DNA from: Felis catus | Taxonomy: Eukaryota | Length of the DNA stretch: 64,000 nucleotides | Direction of reading: 5' to 3' | Assembly: GCF_018350175.1 (NCBI RefSeq) | Contig: NC_058368.1 | Coordinates: forward strand, 62,188,001-62,252,000 | Shown: in pieces, positions 1 to 13,313 of the stretch | Position numbering within the stretch: position 1 is the stretch's first letter | Layout: each line of letters opens with the position of its first letter | Notes under the pieces: model-generated | What the model was told of the DNA's origin: nothing | The model's database searches: none | What the model saw: the letters and a program-made list of their open reading frames with translations, nothing else | Program-made: the position numbers and the translations under genes

Positions 1-153
1 TTTGAATTTGTATGAAAGCATCATTTCTTTAAATGTGCATAGGCATACTAGTCCTAACGTTTAAGATTAAATAAAACCTGTTTCTATAAACATAATTATA
101 TTGTGTAGTTTTCTAAACTCAGAATTCTTTATCTTCAAATATTTTGTTTCTTA

Positions 154-157
<4 letters not shown>

Positions 158-185
<28 letters not shown>
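158..185. repeat. (TG)n microsatellite
   Basis: Perfect TG dinucleotide run. Confidence 0.95.
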
Positions 186-974
186 ACTTGCCTTGTGTTA
201 TCTTAATTATGTTCCAAACTCCATTATATTCAATTTAGGAAAGCATTATACAAACATGAAAAAGACTGACTTCCTGGATGCCTTTATAATTATGTTTCAT
301 ATACCAGGTTGTCATGACTAATTAATCACTTTTATACCTTAAAATGAACACCAAATTAATGACACCCCATATTCTTAAACAAAATGATATTAGCACAACA
401 TTATTTTCTGGTTAAAGACCTCACTAGAGTACAAATATGTTTGCATACCTTATCTGTAATTGCAAGTGTCACTGTAGTAGGAAAGCTATTAACGTTATGC
501 AATGAACATTTAAAGAAATGCTCATAGTCAAAGAGATAATATGAGGCAGATAATTTAATTATTAGTTTGATTGCTTTTTAATCTGAGTCATCAGCCTTCT
601 GCTTCACTGCTTATCATAATTTGCATTCTTGTGGTGAACTCTAACTAAAATGGCCAAAAAATGCAGTATATTTTCTAAGCAATAAGTCTAACAACATAAA
701 GAAATGGCCAAGATTAGATTTTATGTTGGTTGGATGTAGCCTTGCCTTAAAAATATATGATTTTACAATTGGAATCACTATGTATGTATGTATGTATGGA
801 ATCACTATGTATGTCTATCCATGTAAACAACAACAATAACCACGTATATTTACTGCTCAGTTTTTGTTTGGTTAAGAACCCAATTCTTAATATTTTCAGG
901 AAATTGGATTATAATAATTACTTTGTATTAAATATATTTTTATATGTTTATTTACTATGTTCTACTTTTATTTG

Positions 975-1037
975 TTATATGTTTATATATATGTATATAT
1001 ATATATATATGTTTATATATATATAATATATATATAT
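975..1037. repeat. (TA)n-rich microsatellite
   Basis: Imperfect TA runs. Confidence 0.9.
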
Positions 1038-1388
1038 TCCCCTACTTGCAGTAAGAAGAATTAATGAGATCAGATACATAGGTCTAAAAAAATATACACA
1101 CAGAGAGGGTTCAAAGAGCATGTTTTCACAACATCTGCAGTGAGACTCTATAATCATGAGACAACTGAAAGGATCCATATGCTTTAAGTTCAACCACAAG
1201 CAAGTTAATTTTATAAGATGTGTATAAGGGCTTAAATGTTGGGACCATAGGTTAGTCAATAATGTGACAATGAACTTGATGAAAACTTGAAACTAATTTA
1301 GCTGTTCCCAAGGCTGCACATACTTTCTATTGTGTTGGAAAATGTTGTTTGACTGTATTACAGAGTGACCTATATGTTCATCCTTTAG

Positions 1389-2366
1389 AACAAGAAAGAT
1401 TGTAAGCAACTTGAAGAAACTGACAAAATGTCTACGGAAGAAAAGAGGATTTGGCAACCCAAATTATCCAGACTTGTCATGAACATTGATTTAATTCAAG
1501 TCTGTAATCACACAATAATAATCAAATAGAGAATTAAGGAATTATTTAGTCAATTTTACCAATCAGGATAATCCAAGACTAAATCCTTCTTGGTTTTCAA
1601 TAGCTTGAGAGGATTTTAGACATCTGTATTTTTCACATAATTGCCTGAATGCTTTCTTTAATTTTTTCTTAGTATTAGAAGCTGAACTTATCTTGCATCA
1701 AAATTTGCTTTCAAAGGTATGTAAAGAAATCTTTGTCATGGTAAAAGCGGTAAAATTAATACTTTTAAAATTAGTTCATGAAAGTATATCAGGGAAAAGC
1801 AAAGGGAGTTACACATGTGTTCCTTCTGGAATGATAGAGAAATATACATCTCCTTTCCTGCTGGTGCTAGAGAAATATTTTCCTATGAAACTTACCCTAT
1901 TTAGAATTTTATTTGATTAGTGGAAGATAAGTAACTACATTGTCTCATGCAAATTCAGAAAGTATAATGTGAGTGCTTGTGCATTTTAATTGGGAAAGTT
2001 GCTACATCCCAATAACAATAACATCAAAACATTGTTATGTGTGTATGTATGAAGTACATTTTAAAAAGCCATTCTGTTTCTTTAGGGAACTGGCAGATTC
2101 CAAGAAAACCAGTTAAATATAGTATGCTTGCTACGGTAATGGTGTTACATAAAAAGGGATAAATTAAGATGTTATAAATTTGATATGCCATCTGTTTCTG
2201 TTTTTCTTATATTCATCACATGCATCTGTTCTTATTCAGCTATAAGGAAGCACTTTGTCTTAATTTACACATCAAAATATTGCAAAAATATCAATTTCGT
2301 ACACGTAAAAACTTCCTTTTCCTGAAACGTCTACTAATATCAAAGAGAAACAAATTTTCAAATTAA
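1389..2366 (+). CDS. Candidate spliced coding chain of an unidentified gene; putative exons 1389-1503, 1673-1716, 2086-2135, 2240-2366 (stop)
   Basis: Pyrimidine-tract/YAG acceptors and GT donors; phases 0/1, 1/0, 0/2, 2/stop join into one open frame; product not recognised; first donor (TCT|GTAATC) is weak. Confidence 0.3.
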
Positions 2367-2900
2367 GACCCTGTCTTCAAAAAAGAAATTGAGAAAAAAA
2401 AAAAAATATATATATATATACCTGGCTAGATAAAGGAGATCCAAATCACTCAAATAAATAGTTTTTCTCCAAATTATTTAAAATTATACAGGCATCATTT
2501 GTATGATTCGTTCACTCTGGAAACAATAAAAACTGATCTTAGAGAGTTAGAGGAAAAAACTTTTGTCATATTCAATTATGTTGGTATCATGTAGAATATA
2601 AATGTGTTTTAAAATAATGAGATTTATGCACATATATATATATCATTTCAAAGTATATGTTATCATTATCCTCATGCTTTGTTTTGATTTAAAACTATGA
2701 GGCACAACCTTTATATTTTGAAAACAAACAGAACCCAATGAACCTATCTGTATTACAAGTGAATTAAATAATGGCAAAGAAAAAAAAAGGGATACAATAG
2801 GTTTTGAACATAGTATTATGTTGACTATGTACTTCCAGGGTAAAGATAAATACAATCACAAATAAATCTTAAAATCTAATTTGTAGTTTTGCCGTTCCAT

Positions 2901-2958
2901 ATTTTTTAATGTTTATTTATTTATTTTGAGAGAGAGAGAGTGCAAGAGTGGGAGAGGA
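2901..2958 (-). mobile_element. Can-SINE 3' tail fragment
   Basis: ttttaatgtttatttatt...gagagagag, the reverse complement of the SINE CT tract and A tail. Confidence 0.75.
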
Positions 2959-2960
2959 AT

Positions 2961-3470
2961 TAACATCATGTACCTTGCAATATGAAACACCAAAAATAAT
3001 GCAGCATCTCTTATGCAGTATCTTTACTAAATAAAACACATCTAATCCTGAAGAAACATTGAAAAATCCAATTAAGATTTAGGGCACCTGGATGGCTCAG
3101 TTGGTTAGGCATCTGAATCTTGATTTCAGCTCAGGGTCTGATCTCATGGTTTCCTGAGTTCGAGCCCCATGTAGGGCTCTGTGCACTGACCTTGCAGAGC
3201 CTGCTTGAGATTCTCTCTCTCTCTCCCTCTCTCTCTACCCCTCTCCCACTCTCACTCTGTCTCTCTCAAAATAAATAACTTAACAGATTGTACAAAACAT
3301 CGGGCTTTTATGTCTTCAACAAATAATAAACAGTAAATAAACAACAAACAAGGAATAATGTTAAGAAAGACAAAGAAGGGCTATCGAACTATTCCGGATT
3401 AAAAAAAAAACACCCAAAAACTAGAGACCATATTAACTAAATGCAATGGATGATATTGGGACACTCTACA
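2961..3470 (+). mobile_element. Ancient L1 (L1MC-like) 3' UTR fragment, interrupted by a SINE
   Basis: Degenerate similarity to the L1MC 3' end (aatctaatc..gaaacat; aagaaagacaaag; aactaaatgcaatg). Confidence 0.5.
3081..3283 (+). mobile_element. Can-SINE (SINEC)
   Basis: gggcacctggatggctcagttggtt head, B box gagttcgagcc, CT tract, aataaa tail. Confidence 0.95.
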
Positions 3471-3656
3471 AGTGGCATTATCAGGACTAATGAAAACCAC
3501 TTCAAAGCTATGCAAAGAAATTAGTATAAGGAAATGAATCATAAGCTCTGTATTTCATGACAGTGGGAGATACCAAAAATCATGCAGAAAAAATTCAAAT
3601 GAAGGTGAGTAACTTGCAGATTGGGTAACTTAAAACCCATAAATCCACAGAAAGGT

Positions 3657-3818
3657 GGGGCACTTGGGTGACTCAGTTGGTTAAGTGTCTGACTCTTGAT
3701 ATCAGCTCAGGTCATGATTTCACAGTCTGTGGATACCAGTCCCATGTTGGGCTCTGAGCTGTCAGTGCAGAAGCTGCTTGGGATTCTCTTTCTCTCCCTC
3801 TTTCTCTGCCCCTCCCTT

Positions 3819-3855
<37 letters not shown>

Positions 3856-3871
3856 ATAAATAAACTTAAAA
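3657..3871 (+). mobile_element. Can-SINE (SINEC)
   Basis: Full head, CT tract and A tail; TSD aaatcca(c/t)aga(a/g)agg at 3641 and 3872. Confidence 0.95.
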
Positions 3872-4339
3872 AAATCCATAGAGAGGAAGAACAGAGAATC
3901 CAGGCAATTCAGTTAGAAGATGTCATCGATTTCCAGGAATTGGATGCATCAGCTACCATAGCAGGTGGCTGAGAAGCAGAATGTGAAAATAACAATTGTT
4001 CATTAAGCCTTTCAATGACCTCTGGATGTGCAGTTCTACCCAACAGGACTCCTGGAAGGTGGTTTCTACAGAAATTAAACAAGAATGTTCTCAGAAACCC
4101 AAGGTGTTGATACAGGGGATGAATAGGGTGCCAGGCTACATTTGGGGGATTAAGAGGATGTCCTCATACAGAATGTTGAGGCCTCTTGGTCCACCTTTCT
4201 TTGCTTCACATCTAAAACTCTCCCTTCCAAGTTTGTGATTAGAGGACTCTACAGATATCTAAGAATTTCCAAAGAAAAGCTGACTGACCACCTTATTATC
4301 CTAGAGGAAAGTCAAACTCTTTTCTCTATTTCCTAATCA

Positions 4340-5470
4340 TTTAGATTATAGGCTTATACAATTTATTAATCTCAACAAAACAGCTCTTTGCTCCGTTTTC
4401 TCTATTATTTTGGTTTTTGTGTGTGTGTCACTATTCATTTCTGTTTTTATCATTATTATTCTGTTTCTTCTGCTTACCCTATGTATCATTTGAGCGGATT
4501 TATCCAGCATCTGAAAGTGGAAGCTGAAGTCAAGATTTGAGAACTTCCTTTTTTTATAATATGAGTATTTAGTATTATAAATTTTGGCCTAAGTGTTGCT
4601 TTAGAGGCCTCCCACAAATTCTAATGTTATATTTTCATTTTTACTCAGTTCATAATACGCTTTAATTTTCTCTTTAACCAGATTAATATTTCAGGATTTC
4701 TCCAGAGTTCTTCTGTTATCGATTTCTAATTTGATTCTATCTTGGTTAGATAACATAGTTTGTTCAGTTCAAAATCTTTGTGATTTATTGACACTTGTTT
4801 TGTCCCTATTTTATCTCCTTTATTTAAAAAAATAATGTTTATTTATTTTTGAGAGCGAGAGAGAGACAGTATGAGAAAGGGAGGGGCAGAGACAGAGGGA
4901 GACACAGAATCGGAAGCAGGCTCCGGGCTCCGAGCTGTCAGCACAGAGCCCAATAAGGGGGCCATTGTCCTTATTTTATCTTAATAAATGTTCCACTTAC
5001 ACTTCTCAAGAATGCAAATTTGGCTGTTATTGGGTGGAGCATTCTATAAATGCCAAGTTGTTCAAGTAGATTGACAGTGTTTTAAAAATTTTCTGTATCT
5101 TTTCTGTCTACTTGTTCTATTAATTAATTAAGAAGAGATGCCGGATCTCTTGACTATAAAGTACATTTGTCTCTTTCCCTTTGAAAGGGAAGTTTTTTTC
5201 AGGTATTTTGTCGATCTGTTATTAGGTAAGTAAATACAAAATTATCATGGATAGTCCCTTTTGATGAATTGGCTACTTTATCATTGTGGAATAGCCCCTT
5301 GATCCCCAATAATGTTCTTTGTGATTAAATCTGCTTGACTGATGTCAGTATAGGCATTTCAGCCTTTTCTTCATTTGTGATAGGAAGATCTATTTTTTTC
5401 ACTATTCTTAAAAATCTTGTATTTATACCTAAAATGCAATTCTTACAGGTAGCCTATAGTTGGGTCTTAA
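4340..5470 (-). mobile_element. Ancient L1 ORF2 (endonuclease region) remnant
   Basis: T-rich antisense L1 motifs (aatgttccac..cacttctcaagaatg; gggtggagcattctataaatg). Confidence 0.7.
4821..4963 (-). mobile_element. 5'-truncated Can-SINE
   Basis: SINE 3' half; TSD ttgtcc(c/t)tattttatct at 4800 and 4965. Confidence 0.9.
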
Positions 5471-5565
5471 GAACTATTCTTAACAAGTTAAGGAATCTTT
5501 AAAAAAAATCTATACCATAGGATATGTTGTCTCTGTGTATGCATGTTTGTGTATGTGTGTGGGTG

Positions 5566-5571
5566 AGAGAG

Positions 5572-5624
<53 letters not shown>

Positions 5625-5640
5625 CAGAGAGAGACACAGA
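5566..5640. repeat. (GA)n microsatellite
   Basis: GA run. Confidence 0.95.
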
Positions 5641-6219
5641 GGCAGAAAATAATCAGCTGCTTACCAATAGTACTGGTATTCAGCAGGCACCTGAAACTTT
5701 CCTTTAAGCAAAAGCAAATCAAGAGGCTTTCCCATACCAATCTAATTTATGTAAATACAGAAAAGCCCCCTCCCTGCAACACACATACAAATACAAAACA
5801 CAAGTCCTCTGAACTTGTACCATAGCATCCTAAGACATGAAAAAATCTTTGCAGTTCACAAACTTTTAGTTGTGATCATTCCGTGAGGCTATTTCTGCCT
5901 TATACCAGTGATTGTGGAAATGTCAGGGGACTCCTGTTCAACAGTAAATAAGCAATAGCTACAATGATAACAGTTCCATTTATCTACCTCCTAAATAGCT
6001 CTTAAATTTAACTTCACATTGGCTTCCACTGCCCCAGCTCAATCTTTTATTTCTCACCTAGAAAACTATAATATCCTCCTAACAGGGAACCTCAATTCCA
6101 CCTTATCATCTCTATAGTATTGCCACAAAAATTTTGTGTTGTTTGTTTTAAAACTTTTATCTGCTTATAAAAGTATAGTAGGTATTTTAAAGTAATTTAT
6201 ATGGACTTAATACTACCTG

Positions 6220-6390
6220 TAAAAGTGAAAGTTATTTACCCACTTCAAACCTATTCTCACCTGTAAATGGAGATGAATAGTAACTACCTTGTGTAATTTT
6301 TTGTGAGGATTATATATGGCATCCATGAAAAGTGCTTCCTTCTCACATTACATGGAATCTAGGAAATCCTCAGTGAAAGTTAGCTGTGAT
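6220..6390 (+). mobile_element. MIR fragment
   Basis: ctgtaaatggagatgaatagtaactacc...tgtgaggatta matches the MIR core. Confidence 0.65.
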
Positions 6391-6640
6391 GCTGTGGCTG
6401 CATATAGTAAGTAATTCGGAAACTTAAGAAAAATAATAAGGAACAAAGTAGTAAATCATACTTACCAAGCCATTAATGCTTTATAGATTTTTTTTGTTTT
6501 GTTTTCTGGTCAGTCTTATAAGTGATGCACCACTCAGAATTAAAACTTGGGCCAGCAGATAGATAGGATTATAGTGTTTTCTTTGAAAGAATACTTTTTT
6601 TAAGAATACATTTTCAGACCAACTTTGATCAAGTCATTAT

Positions 6641-6716
6641 GTTTTTATTATAATTTATTGTCAAATTGGCTAACATACAGTTTGTACAGTGTCCTGTTGG
6701 TTTAGGGGGTAGATTT
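6641..6716 (-). mobile_element. Short feliform L1 3' end
   Basis: aatttattgtcaaattggctaacatacag resembles the antisense L1 3' terminus seen elsewhere in the window. Confidence 0.7.
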
Positions 6717-7187
6717 TTAACCAAACCTTACAAGCAATAATTGATTAAAACGAAGTTTGATATCTGATATTCCTCTCCCTCTCCTACCCCCACCTCTCTT
6801 CCCTCTTGCATGGCTCTCTCGCTATTCTTTCACATTTTCTTTCCCAGATGAAATTTAGGAAAGCTGACATACTTGAAATATTGAATTTCTTCCTCCAGAA
6901 ACATAGTGTATATCTTATTTTATTCAAGACTCTTTTCTCACTTCCCAGTACATTTTTTAGCTTTTGTTTTCCAGGTCTTGAATATAGTTTTCTTTAGGCC
7001 TATTCCTAGTTTTTGTAGATAGTGTTGCTATTATGAAACAAGTGACCTCATCCTTCAATATTCTCAATTTGAATTTTGATCATTTAACTATTGATTGTAA
7101 GTTCTCCAGAGGATTCTGTTTAATGTTTTGGTAAACAATCATATCAGCAAGTATCACCAATTTTGCTACTTTGGTTTTTTTAATCAT

Positions 7188-7228
7188 ATTTTTAAAGTTT
7201 ATTTTTTAGAGAGAGAGAGAGAGGGAGA

Positions 7229-7273
<45 letters not shown>

Positions 7274-7439
7274 CGGGAGTGGGGGTGGGCAGAGAGAGAG
7301 GGAGACACAGAATCTGAAGCAGGCTCCAGGCTCCAAGCTGTCAGCACAGAGCCTGACGCGGGGCTCAAACCCACAAACTGTGAGATTATGACCTGAGCCA
7401 AAGTCAGCTGCTTAACCGACTGAGTCACCCAGGTGCCCC
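7188..7439 (-). mobile_element. Can-SINE with internal (CA)n expansion (7229-7270)
   Basis: Full antisense SINE; TSD tggttttt(t)ta(a)tcat at 7172 and 7440. Confidence 0.95.
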
Positions 7440-8199
7440 TGGTTTTTTATCATTTCTAATGTTGAGAAAATGTTTCTGGCTATTAAATATTTAGAGTAAA
7501 TGAATTCCAAAGATTATATTTAATTTTACTTTTGAATATTAGTGTTAAATGATTTGTGTAGTGAAATCCAGGTTCAAACTAATCTTTGTTTATAAATTTG
7601 AAGTTGTTAATATATCATCTTCTAAAGAACCAATTATGATGCCAAAATTATTCTTATGCATACAGAAATAATCTTCTTATGTGCTCTTTGAAATTTTTTA
7701 ATAAAATCTCCACATGTTTTGTATTTCATCTAGATACATGGATAAGAGTAGAAGGGTTCTCTTACCCTTTCTTGGAAATTATAATAAAGCTTTTGTTTTT
7801 AAAACAGACTTTTTTACTGAAAATTGATTACAGAGTAGTGACCTGACTCTGACCACAAAATTTGCTGGATTTGGCATCTAGAATATTCTTCTATTCGTCT
7901 TGAATAAACATTCCATACAAGGTGAGGTTAGAGCTCCTGAAAAATAAAAACAAACAACAACAACAACAACAAAGAATTGAACTGAAATTCTTAGAGAACT
8001 TTTCTATTACCTGCCAATAAATCTTTGTATCTGTGGCAGAATCCTGCTTGAGAATTTTTTTTTTGCAACATACTCCCTAAAGGGAATATTGTAGTAAATA
8101 CAGCCTCACATCCTTCACTTCGTTTATTAGAAGGTTATTACCAAGAACATTCTAATGATTTTGAGTGACCAAAATGTTATTTGTTTGTTCACAATAACA

Positions 8200-8572
8200 T
8201 CTAAAATTAATTGTCCAAAAACTTAATTTCGTTTTTAGGGACACTACTCTGCTTTCAGATTTCTCTACGTCAGTAAATGGAAACTGTATCCCTCCAGTTG
8301 CAACTTTACCAGAACTATGGCTTAAGCTACCATTGCTCATCTGAATTATTTCCACAATTTTTCTGTCTCCTTGCTTCTCCCCTTTCTCTTCCCTACTCTA
8401 TTTTCTATACAACAGCTAAAATGATTAAACTGTAAAACAAAGTATTGTGCTCCTCTGTATCAAATATCTTGATAGAGCTTCCCAATTAATTGAGAGTTTT
8501 ATTCATAGTGTTTCTCTTTCCATTACCTTTGAGGATCTAATATATAATGTTCACCAACACCACCAACCCCAA

Positions 8573-8616
<44 letters not shown>

Positions 8617-8900
8617 CTTCCCTTGCCTTTATCTTCTACTAGTTCCCTTCTGAACACTATGCTGTAGCCTGTCTGGCATCTGTGATATTCCTAAAACATT
8701 CCCATTATACTCTTGCCACAGGTCCTTTGCACATCCTGTTCTCTCTCACTAGAATTATATTCTTCAGATCTTTATTTCAGTTCCTCTTCTCTCTTTCATG
8801 TTTCTGTTCAAATGTCTATATGGTACAGAGAACAACTACATAACATAACAATCAAACATTCCATCTACTTTCCCCTTATTATGCTTGTAATATCTATGAC
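8200..8900 (+). mobile_element. L2 remnant containing (CA)n at 8574-8612
   Basis: L2-type motifs (tcagtaaatgg..ctccagttg; aggtcctttgcacatcctgttc). Confidence 0.6.
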
Positions 8901-9854
8901 AGAAAGAAGAATAAATAGGCAATGAATGCAAAAATTAGGTATGTACAAACTGCTGAAATAATTCTAATATTTAATTGACTTTTATAAAGTAAAAACCTGT
9001 TTCTTAACATTACAAACAAATGACAGCTAGAAGGAGTGTTAGTTGGAGTGTTAGTTGCCTTTGCTTTATACAGTCCAGTAACCTGGCTTCATTTATCTCA
9101 TGAAAGAATCTGTGTATAAAATTCAGTGGATCAATGACCCTCAATGGGAAAAAAAAAGGTTATGTATTTTTTTTCAACAATCTGTAACTAAAATTTAGCA
9201 TTTTCTTCAATTATGAATGTAAGCAAAACAGTGGAGTAACAGTGGTGTCTGTGACTTTGTCATTGATACATATCATAATAATATCCTACTAGGTTTTGGT
9301 GATGGTCATTATGAGATACTTATAAATGTTTTCATGCCCTTATTAAAAACCTGTCACTTATTAAAACCTGTCACTAGATCACACATGATTACAACAGTGT
9401 CTACCTGGGTCTCCTGCTTTTGAAGCACAAAGGTGTTTGGGAATGATGTCATATTGCTTTCTTTCAATTTGATTCTCTAATTTCTAAGTAGGATTTCTAA
9501 ATGTTCTGGCATGCGCTAATCTATGCCTACTGCAGCTGTTGAGTCAAGGGTTTACCTAATTCAATATTCCCTTCATCACTCTAAATATGAATGTTAGAAT
9601 GTGTGAATTTTCTAAGTGTGGGGTGGAGATAGACGTACCAGTGCCCGTAGCTCATAATGTCACCTTACCTAAAACTAATAAAATGATGCTTCTATCTCAC
9701 ACAATTCATCAGCCCACTCACAAATCCATGCAAAAGTGGTTGCACATTCCTTTCATCACGATGTACAAATGCCTCATCTTGGTATACAGAAAACTTCTTT
9801 CACTAATCTCTACTTTTACAACTTAACTTGTCTGTTTCCTATATTATCTTGCAG

Positions 9855-10115
9855 CAATAATAATAACCCTTCATTGAGGCATATATATATATTGTACCAT
9901 ATACCAAGCTCAATGTTTTATATAAATTATCTCATTTAATTCCACAACAACATTATGGGGGTATGTAGCATTATTATCTCCAAATTATAAGCAATGAAAA
10001 TGAAGGTTATGAGGTTAAATAAATCAGTCAAGGTCACACAAGCAAGAGATGTGGAATCTGGGATTTGGAGTCATACTGGTTGACTTCAGAGCCAGAGATC
10101 CTTACCCTGTACACT
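9855..10115 (-). mobile_element. MIR
   Basis: atctcatttaattccacaacaac...aaggtcacaca...gggatttg. Confidence 0.8.
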
Positions 10116-11223
10116 ACAGAAACACCTGTGAGCCCCTATGCATCCCGCCATGTTCTTGCACACATCTTAATTACACACTTAACCCACATTTTATTTGTTG
10201 AGTTACAAACCTGCATACATAGTAAGAAAAGATGTTTATTTGTTTCTCTGCATCAGGGCCTGTTGGTTTTATATGCTGTGATTTTAACATCCTAAACACC
10301 TAAAAAATAAGAATAATTCTATAATTTAATAGTAAAAACAATTTAATTGACATTATAGCCCTTTGAGTCTGAATTAAAAGAAGAGACAGAGCTCTAATTC
10401 TTAAAGAAAATAAAAAGTGAAGCTATACTGAAGGTTTAGGTACATTTCCAGCTGCATTTTTAGAAGCTTGCATTTTAAATTAGAACAAAGGAAAAAATCA
10501 GGCTATAACAACAAAATTGTTTTGCCCCCAAAGATCACCTCTCCCTCAAGGTTTCCCTAAAGCTATTTCTTATTTTAAGTAGACTTCTAGCTTTGCTACT
10601 GCTGCTTCTCAAGGGAACCAAGATGCAACATCATGATAAATTTAACATTTCTTATACTCAGAACGTCTCCCAAGAGATACGACCACTTGCAGCATTGGAT
10701 ACAGAATCTTGGTAAATATGTTGTGAAAGCAGCTCTTACAGGAAGCCCAAAGCCTCAGCATAAGCAACTTCCCTCCCCTGAAGCCAGTAGTTGACTTCCA
10801 GCATGTCATCCGCTTAAGAGTCTCAGAGGATTTCCCTGTCTACGTAGATCCGTTTGCATATTTTAAATGAGACATTAATGAGAAAATTTTGATACTTTTT
10901 ATTTACTTTATTCAACATTTAAGACACCACTAGCTTTTATCCTATTAGAACAACCTGTGAAGTGTTTAACAATGCAGACACCCCTTATACCCTACTTTGG
11001 AATGAGAGAGGCTCCCCAGGTTGTCAGAGAATATGTAATAAGCAATAAAACTCTTGTTTAAAATTCCAAGTTCAGAGTTATCTTAATTCACTTCTACAAC
11101 AATTGGAAAGGAAGAGGCAGAAGCAGACTGTGGGACATCACTTAGAGCAGGACGCAGAGCCCAGCCATGTCTCCTTAGCGTGGAATCCCTGCGGTGAATC
11201 AGCATAGTTCCAGACCAAAGGCT

Positions 11224-11452
11224 GGGCACCTGGATGGCTCCACGGGTTAAGTATCTGATTCCTGATTTCCGCTCAGGTGATGATCTCACCATTGTAGGAT
11301 CCAGACTCAGATAGGGCTCAGCGCTGACAGTGCGGAGCCTGCTTGGGATTCTCTCTCTCTCCTCCTTTCTGCCTCTCCCCCGCTCGCACATGTGCACTCT
11401 TGCTCTAAATGAATAAATGAATAAATAAATAAATAAACATTAAAAAAAAAAA
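11224..11452 (+). mobile_element. Can-SINE (SINEC)
   Basis: Head, CT tract and (AATA)n tail. Confidence 0.95.
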
Positions 11453-13313
11453 GACTGTGATCATATGTGGTTGGAAGCACTTGTGACTGCAAATGCAACA
11501 TGTACTCATCAGTCCGGGGATCCCTCAGAGCCAACACGTGCATAGGCAGCAAGTATAAAGCCAGACTATCAATAGACTTGTTTACAATAAGACATAAACC
11601 TGCCAAGTTGGTATAACAGAAGATATGGATCTAAGGGTCAATAATAATCCTCACAACCATTTATTAATATAAGTGGTAAGTAAGGCTACCCCAAAGCCTG
11701 GAGGCTCAAACCACAAGGAGAGTACTTTTCGCTGTGTCCATGCCACATGGGAGATCAAATTATCACAGCTATTTCAGCATGATATGGAAACTTCAGGGTT
11801 AAGAATAGTGGGCCGTATTCTGACATCTGGCCAAGGCAGCCTCACTTGCCCATCTCCACATTAACACATCTGCCACTGAAGCATAAAAGTCTTTGTTCTT
11901 AGGCCAAGGCACATTCGCCCCTTTGAATGTATGCAAACAAACTCTCCGTATTTCCCCTTGTGGCTCCAATTTCTGTGTCTAAGGAAGAGCTACCCCTTTT
12001 CCGAATGAGAGTTTTAGAAAAAATTATATTAATACCTTTACATTAGGTTATAGTTAAGTCTTCTGAGCCTACGAATCTTAAGATTTACAGTGGCTTGATA
12101 TCTTACCACTTTGATCCAAAGTGTATGTGGTTCAACTCTTTTGAGTTGAAAAAGTTCAACTCTTTTGAAAATAGCATTTTATTATTATTTATTTCTTGAG
12201 ATCATGGGTGGCACGACTCAAACTTCCCTCCATTTGTTCCCTAACTTTATCACGGGGTCATTCACATATTTTAATTAGAAATGCATGTTTCAAGTAAACA
12301 TTTGCTAAACACTGTAGCTTCTTGGTTTATCTCCAATTTCAGTCCCTTGAGAATCTTACTTGTATTTAAATTTCCAGGAAGAAAAGAAGAAAATATAATC
12401 ATACAGTAAACTTAATTCAATGGGATCGTAGCAGTAACACAATGTTCTTATGTATTATATGCTGCTTAAAAACCTCTTATTTCCTGGTAATGTAAAAACA
12501 GGAATAAGTTCTTCCAGGCAACCATTTTATAAGTCCCACTTCTAATCTGATTAATTAATTATGTGCTTTGGGACTCAGATAACAGTCTATGCTACGAATG
12601 AACCTGTTAGTTCAGAGACCTTTTATTTAATAACATCCAAAAATATAAACAACTAATACTTGATTAGATTTTAATATTGAATTAATCAGCCACAACACAA
12701 GTATATATGGTATCATCTGAAGATGATCTTGAAAGATCTTTTGACCCGAAATTTCAAATGCCAAAATAAAGATTGAGTTGGAAAGGTTGAATCTATACCA
12801 TAATGAAAATTACATATGGTTCACACTCTGATGTACAAGTTACCTTTTGCTATTTAACAAATACCTGCCATTCTGCAGGTTTAGGACAACTACCATTATT
12901 TATCTCAGTATTCTGATATTTCTAGACTCTCTCATCTCATCTAGGATGACCTCACTTATGTGTCTTGTTGTTAGAAACTGTTGTCTTGGGAGCTTGATTC
13001 TTTTCCATCTCCCCTGTCATCTGTTAGCAGATTAGTAAGTGTACAGAGGGCGGCCTCAGGTTCCAGGCTCAGTGCAAGAGGGATAGAATCACAGGTTTTG
13101 ACAATGGACTCCACCCGGTGAGCAAAGTTGCAATGCAAGGGGAAGGATGCAAAAAAAAAAAAAGGGTGGGGGTGGGGGTGGGGAGATGGATTTGTAGCCA
13201 TTTTACAGTCTATCACAAATGATACATTGTATTTGTTATAGAAAGTTCTAAGAATACTTTAGTCTGAGGCAGTGGTTCACAAGGCCTAAACAGAAGCAAC
13301 CAGTAACTCTTAC

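Noticed and set aside
771..814. Duplicated ggaatcactatgtatg; similar short duplications near 9033, 9340, 25730, 48995 and 58450
   Set aside because: Ordinary slippage micro-duplications; no spacer-repeat array and not CRISPR-like
757..1259. ORFs 757-1026 (+) and 975-1259 (-)
   Set aside because: Kept open by TATG/TA microsatellite sequence; low-complexity translation
7128..7428. SINE-spanning ORFs with recurring AQVMIS...SSP or ERERE peptides (also 11083, 18883, 25786, 27807, 36452, 55878, 56564)
   Set aside because: Translations of the Can-SINE consensus and its CT/GA tract, not genes
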